Positions 1-12,507 of a stretch of 64,000 nucleotides of DNA are shown one piece after another (within the stretch, counting starts at the first letter, position 1; every line of letters starts with the position of its first letter). The DNA lies in the NCBI RefSeq assembly GCF_001194135.2, contig NC_068981.1:89226099-89290098 (forward strand), written 5' to 3'. The DNA comes from Octopus bimaculoides (taxonomy: Eukaryota). The position numbers and the translations under genes were made by a program. Under the pieces are notes generated by a model. The model saw only the letters and a list, made by a program, of their open reading frames with translations. It had not been told where the DNA came from and ran no database searches.

Positions 1-1090
1 ATATGTTCATAAACAAAATCACATACGCACACGGAACCACACTTCAATACTTACAACAATTCATCAACCAGTATTCCCAGCCTTAGAATGCCTGACGCCA
101 TCCTCATACACCAAAGAAAACCAAATATCACCAACAGAAGAGAGATTCGGGAAGCTAGCTGGTTGCTATAGCCACACCTTTTCGTGCATGTCCACTCTAC
201 ACGCACTCACTTGCGCACATCGGCAGCATTCGTAATTTTCTTGAAAATGGGGTCATAACTTCGAAATATTGAATGCAAGGTAAGTCTACATTAATTCATA
301 AATTTGTTTTCTTGTAATTTGTCTTGCATTTACTTCGCATTGTTCTGGCCTTCTCCCACACCTATTTCCTCTCACCCACCTCTCCTCTCTTGCTCTGGCA
401 TCCACTTCCTCTCTTCACTTCTACCCATCTTCTCCCTTCCACCCTCTCCCTTCATCGTCACCACTCCCTTGTTACCCACTCCTACACATTCCAACCCCAC
501 CATCCCTTTACATACTATCCCACCCACCCACCTTTGCTTCCCCACTCTCGCTTCCCACACACCCCAAAACCACCACACCACACCACACTACCAAACCACC
601 ACACCACACATCACCACACCACACACCACCATGCCACCCCACCCCACATCACACCATCCAGCACACACTACCACTGACCACTTGCCCGCACTCACATAGC
701 GCACACACTAGCACTGGCCACTTCCCAGCACCTACACTACCATCCACACACCTACACATGCCCACAGGCATACGTCGAGGTCACCAGTCCCCTTCTCTCC
801 GCATATACACGCTCTCACATACACACGACCGCGCACCTTCGTTTTGGGATTACCACTACTTCCTAGCTCTCCTGTGTGAATCCTCTGTCCAGCATTAATC
901 ATGATAGATCGCTAGCGATTAAAACTTTTCTATTTTCTCTCCCTGTTTATTTCTGTGTTCCTTTCTGTCGAAGAGCGTAGGCTCGAAACGTAAAAGTCTT
1001 TCTCACTTCAAGAGCATCAAACTAATACACCTGTTTGTTGGTTACACACTCGTCTTCGTCTTTTGCTTTTTTTTGTAAATTCTCACTACA
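1..1090 (+). mobile_element. Penelope-like element 3' end / tail region (possibly two adjacent pieces)
   Basis: 88-171 reads MPDAILIHQRKPNITNRREIREASWLL*, resembling the GIY-YIG C-terminal 'EA.LI...KP.LN' segment. It is followed by C/A-rich low-complexity DNA and a tail (895-1090) homologous to 55510-55699 that carries a hammerhead-like motif. Confidence 0.45.
961..996 (+). ncRNA. Minimal type-I hammerhead-like motif with variant core (CUGUCGA)
   Basis: CTTT-CTGTCGA-A-GAGC[GTAG]GCTC-GAAA-CGT-A-AAAG: 4-bp stem I, 4-bp stem II, palindromic ACGU helix III, GUA site. Position 6 is U instead of the canonical A. Confidence 0.55.
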
Positions 1091-1641
1091 GATATATATA
1101 TATATATATATNNNNNNNNNNNNNNNNNNNNNNNNNNNNNNNNNNNNNNNNNNNNNNNNNNNNNNNNNNNNNNNNNNNNNNNNNNNNNNNNNNNNNNNNN
1201 NNNNNNNNNNNNNNNNNNNNNNNNNNNNNNNNNNNNNNNNNNNNNNNNNNNNNNNNNNNNNNNNNNNNNNNNNNNNNNNNNNNNNNNNNNNNNNNNNNNN
1301 NNNNNNNNNNNNNNNNNNNNNNNNNNNNNNNNNNNNNNNNNNNNNNNNNNNNNNNNNNNNNNNNNNNNNNNNNNNNNNNNNNNNNNNNNNNNNNNNNNNN
1401 NNNNNNNNNNNNNNNNNNNNNNNNNNNNNNNNNNNNNNNNNNNNNNNNNNNNNNNNNNNNNNNNNNNNNNNNNNNNNNNNNNNNNNNNNNNNNNNNNNNN
1501 NNNNNNNNNNNNNNNNNNNNNNNNNNNNNNNNNNNNNNNNNNNNNNNNNNNNNNNNNNNNNNNNNNNNNNNNNNNNNNNNNNNNNNNNATGGCTGATATT
1601 TAGCAAGGTGAGACACACATAAGAAGGAAGGAAACAAAGGA

Positions 1642-1681
1642 CCACTGATGAGGTCACAGAAGTGTGACGAAAGAACTCTGG
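1642..1681 (+). ncRNA. Minimal type-I hammerhead ribozyme motif
   Basis: CCA-CTGATGA-G-GTCAC[AGAAGT]GTGAC-GAAA-GAACT-C-TGG: canonical core, 5-bp stem II, 3-bp stem I, CUC site. Confidence 0.65.
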
Positions 1682-1842
1682 CGGAAATAAGATTAAGATT
1701 AATATAATGTAATATAAAGCTGAAGCAAATTAACACCAAATATACAGTGCGTGTGTTTTTATTGGCTAAACTGGCACTATGACCATCCCCAAGTACAACA
1801 ACATCTGTTTCAACACACGATTTCACATCAAAAATCTTGCAA

Positions 1843-1883
<41 letters not shown>

Positions 1884-1984
1884 ATGTGCTCCATGTATAT
1901 GTACATATACACGTGCATATATAGATTTGCACATATATAATTATATGCGTACACATATATCTATTTATCTTAATACATCATAGA

Positions 1985-2282
1985 CTCTCCGTCGTTGGAC
2001 GACGTATGTCGGTTCGGTAAATTCTTGCCGTACAACCATATAGATGATTTGTTTATAGCAATCAAATGTTTGTGTTCACATAAGATCACTTCCTCCATCA
2101 AATCGACGTTACCTATACAAATACATCATGTGCCACATGTCAGATGACGAAATGATCGCAGAGGAACATGAAACGAAGTGCTTTGCTCAAGAACACAACG
2201 TAACGCTTGGTCTGGGAGTCGAACCCACTATCTTGTAATCGTGAGGGCAATGCCCCTAATCACTAGGCCATGCGCTTTCACA
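1985..2282 (-). mobile_element. tRNA-derived SINE
   Basis: Minus-strand head has A-box TGGCCTAGTGATTAG and B-box GGTTCGACTCC, followed by the GTTGTGTTCTTGAGCAA core shared with other SINEs in the window. Confidence 0.8.
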
Positions 2283-2442
2283 GTATATACATAGGTATAT
2301 ATAGGTAGAGTACATAGATAGACGAAGGGAAGTATGGATGGACGGTTATGAGTAATGCGAGCTTTTATATTTTCCTGCCTACGCAGACACTAATGTACGC
2401 ACAGACAGACTTAAACAAGTGCCTGTGTGAGCTTACGTTTCC

Positions 2443-2443
<1 letters not shown>

Positions 2444-2530
<87 letters not shown>
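2444..2530. repeat. (GT)n microsatellite
   Basis: Direct reading of the sequence. Confidence 0.95.
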
Positions 2531-2532
<2 letters not shown>

Positions 2533-3129
2533 TTGAGAGTCTTTTTGCCTATTTGTACATGGAATACCCAAAGTTTTTTTCTTTCATGCACGAAAAATAC
2601 AGCGATATTTAATCTCAGTAGTATATATTCGTACAAGAAGAATTATTACTGGAAAATAATTATCTCAATAGTTTTATATCAAATGAATTAATAGATAATA
2701 ATTTGGACAAATTCATAAGAGTAATTGGCAGATTGGTTATTAAGATTAGTTTAGATTAATTTTTTAAAGATTAATTTCTCCGTATAAAGCTAATGAAGAA
2801 TAATTACCCAGACTATGAAATTGTAACATAAACACACACACACACACACACACACACAAGCAGATACCATTTATGACGGAGTTGTGAGAAACGTAACTTC
2901 GAAATCACTATGAATATTGTAATGTTTGCTACTAAAAAACTATTGCGTAATCCTTCAGTTTAATGCTATATTGATTTTAGATATAATTTGACATAAATGC
3001 AAACTTTATAAATGAGTGTGTCTGTATTTATGTATGTATGTACACATAAAATGTTTTACCACTTACCACACACATACACGTTCTTTTATTCTTATACTTG
3101 TTTCACATTCTTTTATTCTTTTATTCTTA

Positions 3130-3330
3130 CACTTGTTTCAGCCATTTAACTGCGGGCACCACCTTGAAGAATTGTAGTCGAATGAATCGACCCCTGTACT
3201 GTTTTATAAGTTTTTAAGCCTGGTACTTATTCTATTGTCACTTTTGCCAAACCGCTAATTTACGGAGACGCAAATACTCCAACACCGGCTGTCAAGTGGT
3301 GGTGTTGGGGCCAAACACAGATACACATGC
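3130..3330 (-). mobile_element. SINE 3' fragment
   Basis: Reverse complement resembles the 3' half of the SINE at 48971-49410 (ctgaaacaag, gggtcgatt, aataagtacc motifs). Confidence 0.7.
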
Positions 3331-3884
3331 ATAAACATACACACACGCACGCACACACACTCACACACACACACCCATACACACACACATATACATATGT
3401 GTGTGTGTGTATGTGTGTGTGTCGGCACAATATTACTGTTATATTCTCAATAGATCGAAGGTCCGTTTTTAGTGCTTGTGGGAAATTCCTAAGGTGATTG
3501 AGAATATACGTCGTACAGTACAATCCGTGCATTTTATGTATCCACTCTGTCGAAACGATTAGGTTACACTTACAATTAGATTGAAAAATAGGCGACGAAA
3601 TGGCAAGTGGTGCATCAGTGCTTTGAAATCACTAAGAATTTTAATATGCTTGCTACTAAGAATCTATATCTATATGAAATAGATACTTTTTTAATATTGA
3701 TTTACAACAATTGGGTGTGACGGGGGAGTGGGGAAATTATTGTCGATTACGGCAACTCCGGCAATTGACAGGTACTTCATATATTAGTGCGCAAAATAAT
3801 GGAAAGCAAGGTCGAGCGTAGCAAGACTTGAATTGAGAACGTTAGAATACGTAATTATATCCTATATGATATTTCGTTAATTGA

Positions 3885-4270
3885 TTCGTTGTTGGCATTC
3901 CGTCGCTTACGACGTCGAGGGTTCCGGTTGATCCGATCAACGGAACAGCCTGCTCGTGAAATTAACTTGGAAGTGGCTGAGCACTCCACAGACACGTGTA
4001 CCCTTAACGTAGTTCTCGGGGAGATTCAGCGTGACACAGTGTGACAAAGCTGACCCTTTGAATTACAGGCACAACAGAAACAGGAAGTAAGAGTGAGAGA
4101 AAGTTGTTGTGAAAGAGTACACCAGGGGTCGCCACCATCCCCTGCCGGAGACTCGTGGAGCTTTAGGTGTTTTCGCTCAATAAACACTCACAACGCCCGG
4201 TCTGGGAATCGAAATCGCGATCCTATGACCGCGAGTCCGCTGCCCAAACCACTGGGCCATTGCGCCTCCT
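3885..4270 (-). mobile_element. tRNA-derived SINE, near full length
   Basis: Head (minus) GGAGGCGCAATGGCCCAGTGGTT...GATTTCGATTCCC with A/B boxes. Its body is shared with 5278-5573 and 39105-39313. Confidence 0.85.
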
Positions 4271-4692
4271 AAATGATTCGACAGATTATTATATTAACAA
4301 TGATATTGTTAATTATCAATTAGATATATTGTTAAATATTGCAGTAAATGTTTATAGTTTGCTACATTCACTGCTCGCTTCGAAATATAAACGAAAAGAT
4401 AGACCTACATGACGGTGACATGTAACAATGAAAATTAAGCATGTTAGATCCATACTTTCCGTCTTACACTCAAATATCCCAAACCCACTAGATTACATAA
4501 ATTACAAATATTCACTTGGAATCCTTATGGTCAGAAGGAATCACTTCACCGACAGACATTTACGACTACTCAAAGCAACATTGCAAAATTTCGAGAATCT
4601 GGAAGCTGGGCAAAATATTACATTGATATACTTGTGCAGAATACAGTCTGTTGGTGTAGCGTCGCGATCTCTCTCACTACATGAAAACCTAA

Positions 4693-4744
<52 letters not shown>

Positions 4745-5277
4745 GTGTGTTTGTGTGTATGCGTGTGCGTGTATATATATANNNNNNNNNNNNNNNNNNN
4801 NNNNNNNNNNNNNNNNNNNNNNNNNNNNNNNNNNNNNNNNNNNNNNNNNNNNNNNNNNNNNNNNNNNNNNNNNNNNNNNNNNNNNNNNNNNNNNNNNNNN
4901 NNNNNNNNNNNNNNNNNNNNNNNNNNNNNNNNNNNNNNNNNNNNNNNNNNNNNNNNNNNNNNNNNNNNNNNNNNNNNNNNNNNNNNNNNNNNNNNNNNNN
5001 NNNNNNNNNNNNNNNNNNNNNNNNNNNNNNNNNNNNNNNNNNNNNNNNNNNNNNNNNNNNNNNNNNNNNNNNNNNNNNNNNNNNNNNNNNNNNNNNNNNN
5101 NNNNNNNNNNNNNNNNNNNNNNNNNNNNNNNNNNNNNNNNNNNNNNNNNNNNNNNNNNNNNNNNNNNNNNNNNNNNNNNNNNNNNNNNNNNNNNNNNNNN
5201 NNNNNNNNNNNNNNNNNNNNNNNNNNNNNNNNNNNNNNNNNNNATATATACATATATATATATATATATATAATAGA

Positions 5278-5573
5278 GTGTCCCGGCTGATACGATCAAC
5301 GGAACAGCTTGCTCGTGAAATTAACGTGCAAGTAGCTGAGCACTCCACAAACACGTGTACCCTTAGCGTAGTTCTCGGGTAAATACAACGCAACACAGGG
5401 TGTGACAAGGCTGGCCCTTTGAAATACAGGTACTACTCATTTTTGGCAGCTGAGTGGACTGGAGCAACATGAAATAAACTGTCTTCCTCAAGGATAAAAC
5501 TCGTCGCCAGGAATTAAACTCACGACCTTACGATCGTGAGCCGAATGCCCTAACCATTAAGCCACGCGGCTTC
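5278..5573 (-). mobile_element. tRNA-derived SINE
   Basis: Shares gatcaacggaacagc..gctcgtgaaattaac and gtgtgacaa..ccctttgaa with 3885-4270; tRNA-like head at the high-coordinate end. Confidence 0.85.
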
Positions 5574-6914
5574 TCTGTCTCTCTGTCTCTCTCTTTCTCA
5601 CTCTGTCTCTGTCTCTCACTCTGTCTCTGTCTCTCACTCTGTCTCTGTCTCTGTCTGTCTGACTGTCTGTCTCTCTCTATATATATATACATACGTACAT
5701 ACATACATACACACATACATACATACATGTATGTGTGTGTGTGTGTGTACATATATTATTGTACCGACACCTGAAATATCTAACTAGGTTTTGTGTTAGT
5801 GTAAGTTAAGGTTTTGTTCAAACAAAATCGTGCCAATAGGCAAAGCAAACAGCTGTGCGGAGCGAAATAATTTTGGCATGAACGCGCTATATAATAGTCC
5901 TAATGTTTCAATTTATAATAAAGATTTATGGCGTAAATACATGCTAAAGTACTTTTCAGATATTTTTGAGGAAGGAATATAGTCAATTAAACCGACCGAA
6001 CTATTTAAGTGCTTATTTCATCGTCTCTGTAAGGTTGATTCTAATGGTCTAGTTCAGCAAGGTTTGAACTACTGCCCGACTCTACCGATTCTGCTTTTCA
6101 CCACCCTGTCTAAAACAAAACCAAAAGTGATTTTAATTGTAATCATTATAGTACTGCTGAATATTGTGACTATGGTTATGATTTATTAGCTTGGTTTTTG
6201 CTAAATAAAAATGTGCAAGGGATGGGTATAGTGGATTGAATCGACCTCTGTACTTCACTTACGTTTTGTCTCTTCCGTAAGGAAATTGGTCAATGCTGCT
6301 ATCCAAAGAATTTATTCTGAGACAATAAAAGTGGGTCAATAAATACTGAAAGACGTTTAATATGGCAGTAAATCGTTTCTGCTCAAAGAGTATCTATAGG
6401 TATAAATGCGATAACAATAAGGACAAGGTTTACCAAGACAAGTACAAGGCCTGGTAAATTGAGGCGGGGGTTGTGAAGGGAACAACTGATTAAATCAACA
6501 TTAACATGTTACTGGTCCTTATCTGAGGGATTCTGGAAAAAGGGTTTAAAGGCACATTTGACCTCGGGATCTGGATCTCAGAACGCAACGAGCTAAAACA
6601 AATCGCACAAAGGTATCGTATTCGACTCACTGACGGTTTTGCAAATTCACGACCATTTTAAAACACCGTCCTTAACAAATACAAAAACATCTACCCGAAC
6701 GTATATAATGATATCATTGATAATACTTAACATAAGTCGGAATTTTTAGCGGAGGAGGTAGTCGATTACATGGATCTCAGTACTTGACCAGTACTTTGAA
6801 AAATGAAACACTACTTTCCTTTTCATCCTTTTCAGGTATACAAAAATGTACAAGCCAGATGTTAATGGTTGATGTAATAGATTAATCCTCTTCCCGTATA
6901 TCTGAGTCCGTGCC

Positions 6915-6916
<2 letters not shown>

Positions 6917-7011
<95 letters not shown>

Positions 7012-7030
7012 ATTATTATTATTATTATTA
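6917..7030. repeat. Compound (TAT)n(TGT)n(TAT)n microsatellite
   Basis: Direct reading of the sequence. Confidence 0.95.
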
Positions 7031-7449
7031 AAGTTATTGTTGTAAATTTACCGTCTGGGGTCATTCATATGTACAATAAAAAAATCACAAATGTATTGCA
7101 AAAACTTAGGATATAAATAAAACTATATAGAAAGAAACGGAGTGAAGGAAAAAGACGTCCTTCTACGTATCAACATATGCTAAATATATTTAAAATTGCA
7201 TGCATACATTAGATACAATAATCAAATCAATAAATTATATACATTTATACATATAATTAACATTATATAATTCAAATGAAACAAAACAAATATAGAGAAG
7301 CCTACTCGGACACGAGAAAGAAACCTTCAGAGCAGATCCCTCCATATCTCTAACAGCTGACTATGATCTCTTATATAGTTATAGTACTTTAAATTGCCCC
7401 CTTCAAAAGTGCTTGAGAAAGAAGTTCTTAAAAAAGACAGTCAACATAC

Positions 7450-9900
7450 TGGAATAGATGATGTAATTTTCTCAGTAATATGATCCGCTGAATTTGATTA
7501 GTAACAAGTTTTTTGAATGTATTACATAATTAGAGGCTATCTCATTGCCAATTGGCATTGGATTTTTTTTCCCGAAATGGCTGTGCAGTTGCTTCATATC
7601 ATCGCTTATTTTCTTCAGAATTACAAACGTTAATGCAACGTAGGTTTGAAATATGCGCAACCAAACCTTTGCCTGCCTTCAATTAGAGAGAACATTTTTA
7701 GTAAGTATCGTGTCTTTCCCCTTTCCTCTTTTTTTATTCTCCATACTCAAGCTCTCTACCACCCCAACTAATTTTCCAGCTCTCCTTCATCTTTGCAAGA
7801 ACCCGGGGTTAAGCGTCTCGGTATGATTGACAGATTGGACTTTCTGGTTTCTTGATTATTAGCCTTGTTTTGGTTCTTAGGAGCAGGACCAGGTGATCTT
7901 TTCTACTGTTTCCAAAACTGTGATTGGTTGTGCCCTATGCGTAGCAGAAACTGTGATGTATTGCTGCTGTAATTGTTTGCATTTTTCTTTAATTTTCAGT
8001 TTCTTAACCTCTCTTGGGCGGAAAGCGCCAAAATAATCTCAGTGACACGTGCAGTAACCCAATTTTCTGTCATGTGCCGCAGTTTGAAACTTCTTCGGCA
8101 TCAAAATGACAACAAACCAAAAGTCAACATTATCTCCATTCTCTTTGGGGGTTTCTTTTATATTGTTTCGTCTCATATTTGAAGTCTTGCCAATTGGTTG
8201 GCATATGATGTAAACGTTATGCTTGCCTCGTTATCCTGTCTTAGTTTTAAATACCCTATTCGTTATTGGAAATCACGGTTCCTCATTCACCAAAGCTATG
8301 ACTTTAGTTTCAAGCTTAATTGATGGCTTCGATCAAACATACGCGTCTTTTGGTTACATAATGCTGCCAAACAGCTGTTCTAAAAGCTAGATGGCTTGCA
8401 TCTAACGTTTATCCATTGCAGGAAGCACTGGTAAAGTATGAGGCAAGATATTCATTTTTAGTGCTGACATTCAAACTTCCGAAGTTATTTCGTTTGACAA
8501 AATGATTGTATGTCACTACAGTAGATGTTTCCGAATGTACCAAATTGCTTACATAAATAATATCTGTTTCAAAGTGTGTTTTTACTGTAAAACATTTTTC
8601 TTTCTCTTTTTGCGAGTATGTAAACTCTAGTATCTCATTAGCTTTGTTTAGTTGAACTTCCTTCTTAACGTCCTTACGAACTTGTATAGACAAAAAAGAA
8701 AAAAATAATCTCGTACAAGACAGCCCTTTTTTGCCTATTTTGAAATATGTGTGGGAAGACATTTTGTTTGTTCAAAGACACCCAGTATGAAAATATTGTG
8801 AAGAAATTGTACATTTTCCTTGTAGTGATAAACCAATGCTGCGATTTTCACTGGCGGTTCTTCACCTGAGTATCTATATTTCCGCTATTAGAATTAGCAC
8901 TCCGTCTTCAAACCGAACTTCAAAGTATATATAAGCATAATTTATTTCTCAAACGATCATGAAGCTCAAGACAACATGTCATCGTTTCCTTATCGTACTT
9001 TCTAGTCGACTTCCATTGAGGTATACGTTGTTTTGTTGGTGTTTATGTTACCTTTTTAATATCGCCACTTCTCTCGGCAATATATTTCCCCTATCGGGTC
9101 ATTAACCGACTCTTCTTCATTACTGTGGGGTGTTTTTGGTTATAGAAGGAGGAAAGTGTCTTTGCTCGTTGAACTCTTTGATGAGGATGAGGTAGTCTTC
9201 TTAATTCCAGACCTTCAATCGGCAGTGTTTTGAAAACAACGGATTTTGTGGCCTGCAACTGTTATAGCTGTGTTTGTTGTTATCCTATCATTTCTTTTAT
9301 CCAGGTTAAAAGCCGTTCCTTGGCACTTTGTCATTCACCACCAAGTGCTAAGACAAAGGAACAAGAATGATCTTCTGATATGTGGGTTCCTTCTAAAGTC
9401 AAGCATATGACACATCAGTTCGATCTGCTTTCTCTCTCCGTTAACAATTTTGAAAACCATATATAAGATCCTATAAGCCCTACTTCTACTGATGAAGATG
9501 ATACTGCACTATAGAACAGCCGAGGCTATTTTGGAGTTGTTGCTTTGAAAGCATGAATAAAATACTTGTATTCTTAGAGATATGTGCCCTCTCACCTTGT
9601 CTTCTCTTGGATAAAGATCTCAGACAAGATCATTCTTCCTTTGGTAACACATCACAGTTACATAAAAGTGTTCTCTGACACGTGTCTCATGTTCTGTAAA
9701 CTTTCTTGCTAATAACAACATTAGTAGAGTAGATGCTGACAGTCCCTTCTACGTTACATAAAACAACACTTACATTCATTAAGATAGGCATGATTTCGAC
9801 GTTTGAAAAATGTATGTGTATTGTTTTTGTTTAATAGTATAGATTATTAGCTTTTATACAAACCGTGTGAATCTTCCTGAGGAATTAAACATATTCCAAA
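7450..9900 (-). mobile_element. Highly decayed DNA-transposon coding remnant, possibly MULE/Mutator-like
   Basis: The minus strand has interrupted protein-like frames, including DRKLGYCTCH*DYFGAF (about 8020-8075), which resembles the start of a SWIM finger, and short ORFs at 8409-8762 and 7472-7660. No TIRs were identified. Confidence 0.3.
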
Positions 9901-10130
9901 ATTCCTATTTGTTCTTTGGGTTTTAACGTTAATTTTATATTTTATGAAGAAGAGTTTATCTGATAAGAATCCATATCGGATGTAAACAAAATCAGAAAGA
10001 TAAAATTATATCAAAATATTACAGATTTTATGCCTTCCCCGGCTATGAAGAAGACAGTAGACGTGTTCCGGAAGTTTTTCCTTGATAAGATTCCAGAGTG
10101 ATACATCTGCTCGCAGCATCGTTCAGTGAC

Positions 10131-10244
<114 letters not shown>

Positions 10245-10250
<6 letters not shown>

Positions 10251-10370
10251 TGGAACCACTGGTTTCACTAGTTGTGTTCAAGGCATTGAAGTCAAATGTT
10301 CTAAATAGCAGCCTATATCTATAAGGTTAGATATATCTGTACGACACAGTGCTGCTAGGATAGCTGTATT
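10245..10370 (+). mobile_element. Very short 3' fragment of an R4/Dong-clade LINE (tentative)
   Basis: IIIGTTGF followed by DTVLLG resembles the clade C-terminus 'PIIIGALG....IQK.VLLG'. It starts directly out of (AAT)n. Confidence 0.35.
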
Positions 10371-11850
10371 ATGTGCAACTTGTAAAAGCAACAGAAACAA
10401 TGAAATCCTAAATACCGGTTCGAATTATTGGAATATAACCTACAGAAGTTTAGCCAATCAACCTTTAACTGGTTTTAAGTTTTGTTTTTATGTGACACCG
10501 ATTTAATTTAAAATGTAAATTCTTTGCAGCATGAAAATGAAATCGATATAGTTACACAATACTGAAATTAATACAGGCTCACTCTACGCTTAATGTCCTT
10601 ATGCATATATGTTTCGATGTTTCGACTGTTTATACATTAGGCCGTAGACAATTTAATCATACTGACATATTTTGCACACAAATTTACTGAATCACAAATA
10701 AAGGAGTGGTAACAGCACACGTAGTTATGCGACTTTGATACCTCTCTAAAATATATTCGTCACATTGGATAGCATGGGGAAATTGAGATCACGGTAGGGG
10801 TCCGGTTGTCGGGAATATATACTTCCACATCACAATGCTTGCACAAGCATATATAAACGAATCATCTCATTTGCTTCTTTCTACAAAGCAAATTTGCCCA
10901 GAATTTCAGAATGAGCGTGGAGGGGGAGAGAGGAGGAAATGAGGAGAGATAATTGAAAATTTGTCATATCCTAACCTCTCTCAAATATATAATCGACGTA
11001 AATTTTGCAAAAAATGGATTGCATTCGTAAGCTGAGACCATGTGTTGCGAACTTGTTTCACAGATCGAATATACATAGAAGTCATATTGTTAATGAAACA
11101 CCGTTCACCTTAGTAATGTAAAGTAATTTAGAGAGAATTCCGGTTAACATATTTATGTATTTTGTATTAAAATATTTTTTGCAAAGATGTGCAAGATGCA
11201 GTTAGTTCTCATTCCTGGATTTTCTGCAACAACATACAGGAAATACATCTTTCACATCTTCTTCTCCAAATCAATTGAAACAATGCTGTATGAATAGAAA
11301 CAGGTTATATTAAAAATATTTAAATTCTCAATATTTGTATATATATGTGAGTGTGTATCTATCTATCAGTCTGCGTATTTTCTATTTTATATATGTATGT
11401 ATATATGTATGTATGTATGTATGTATGTGTGTGTGGATTTTTTGTGTAATATTTTTTTTTTTAGTTGAATACTCTGTGAGATACTCACATTCATGAAGCA
11501 ACAATATATTAGAATATAAATATGGCCACGGCGAAGAGAGAACCTCGAAAACAAATATTTTTACTCCGGGCACGAATGTGTTTTTTAAGTGTGCCATATA
11601 TATGCAGTTATGTATGTACAATGAGTATAGCCAGTGGCATATATTTTTGAGTGTCTTTTCGCTTCAGCTATATACATATATGTGTTATTTACGTATGTAT
11701 GTATATGTGGGTGCGCGTGTGCATNNNNNNNNNNNNNNNNNNNNNNNNNNNNNNNNNNNNNNNNNNNNNNNNNNNNNNNNNNNNNNNNNNNNNNNNNNNN
11801 NNNNNNNNNNNNNNNNNNNNNNNNNNNNNNNNNNNNNNNNNNNNNNNNTA

Positions 11851-11882
<32 letters not shown>

Positions 11883-11910
11883 CATACGTATATATACACA
11901 TATATATACA

Positions 11911-11989
<79 letters not shown>

Positions 11990-12297
11990 ATATATTCAAA
12001 TATATATGCATGTATGCAGATGTATATATATGTATGTATTTATATGTATGCGTATAAATACACATACGTATATGTATATATATATTTGTTTGTATGTATG
12101 CATATATACACGTGCTCTATGCCGGTAGATGTGTCCGAGTAACTTTTCATACAGAATATATATACAACTGATACAACCATTTTGTGACGTTAATAATGTT
12201 TATATGTTCACTAAAACCTCTCCATTTCATGGTGACTGGTTTCTTCTTCTTCTTCGTCTTCTTCAGGACCCTCACACTCATCTTCAGCTGCATCTAG

Positions 12298-12507
12298 TCA
12301 AATACGTGGCTGTTCAGCCGTTGGCGAGAATGTGAGTTCAGTAGACATTGAATTGTTACTGGAGTTCACACTTCGACTGCGACGTAAGTTTGACTGCTTC
12401 CGGCGAAACGACCTTCGGAAATGCTGGATTTGGTTGGATGAATCGTGTGTGTACTCATAAGTGAAACCACCTATGATACCTCCCAACATCGGACCAACCC
12501 AATATAC
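12298..12507 (-). CDS. Aquaporin (MIP family, classical AQP1/AQP4/bib-like), terminal coding exon: TM6 plus cytoplasmic tail, 69 aa
   Basis: Translates VYWVGPMLGGIIGGFTYEYTHDSSNQIQHFRRSFRRKQSNLRRSRSVNSSNNSMSTELTFSPTAEQPRI*. The YWVGP..GG...G..YEY segment is the hallmark aquaporin TM6 signature. It is preceded by the acceptor tactcactttcttttattacag, at the same phase-0 position (HW|xYWVGP) as the last intron of vertebrate AQP1/AQP4. Confidence 0.92.
   Translation of the reverse strand, partial: VYWVGPMLGGIIGGFTYEYTHDSSNQIQHFRRSFRRKQSNLRRSRSVNSSNNSMSTELTFSPTAEQPRI

Noticed and set aside
304-699. 131-aa Pro/His/Thr-rich ORF
   Set aside because: It is a translation of C/A-rich low-complexity DNA, with overlapping ORFs in several frames and no domain or splice support.
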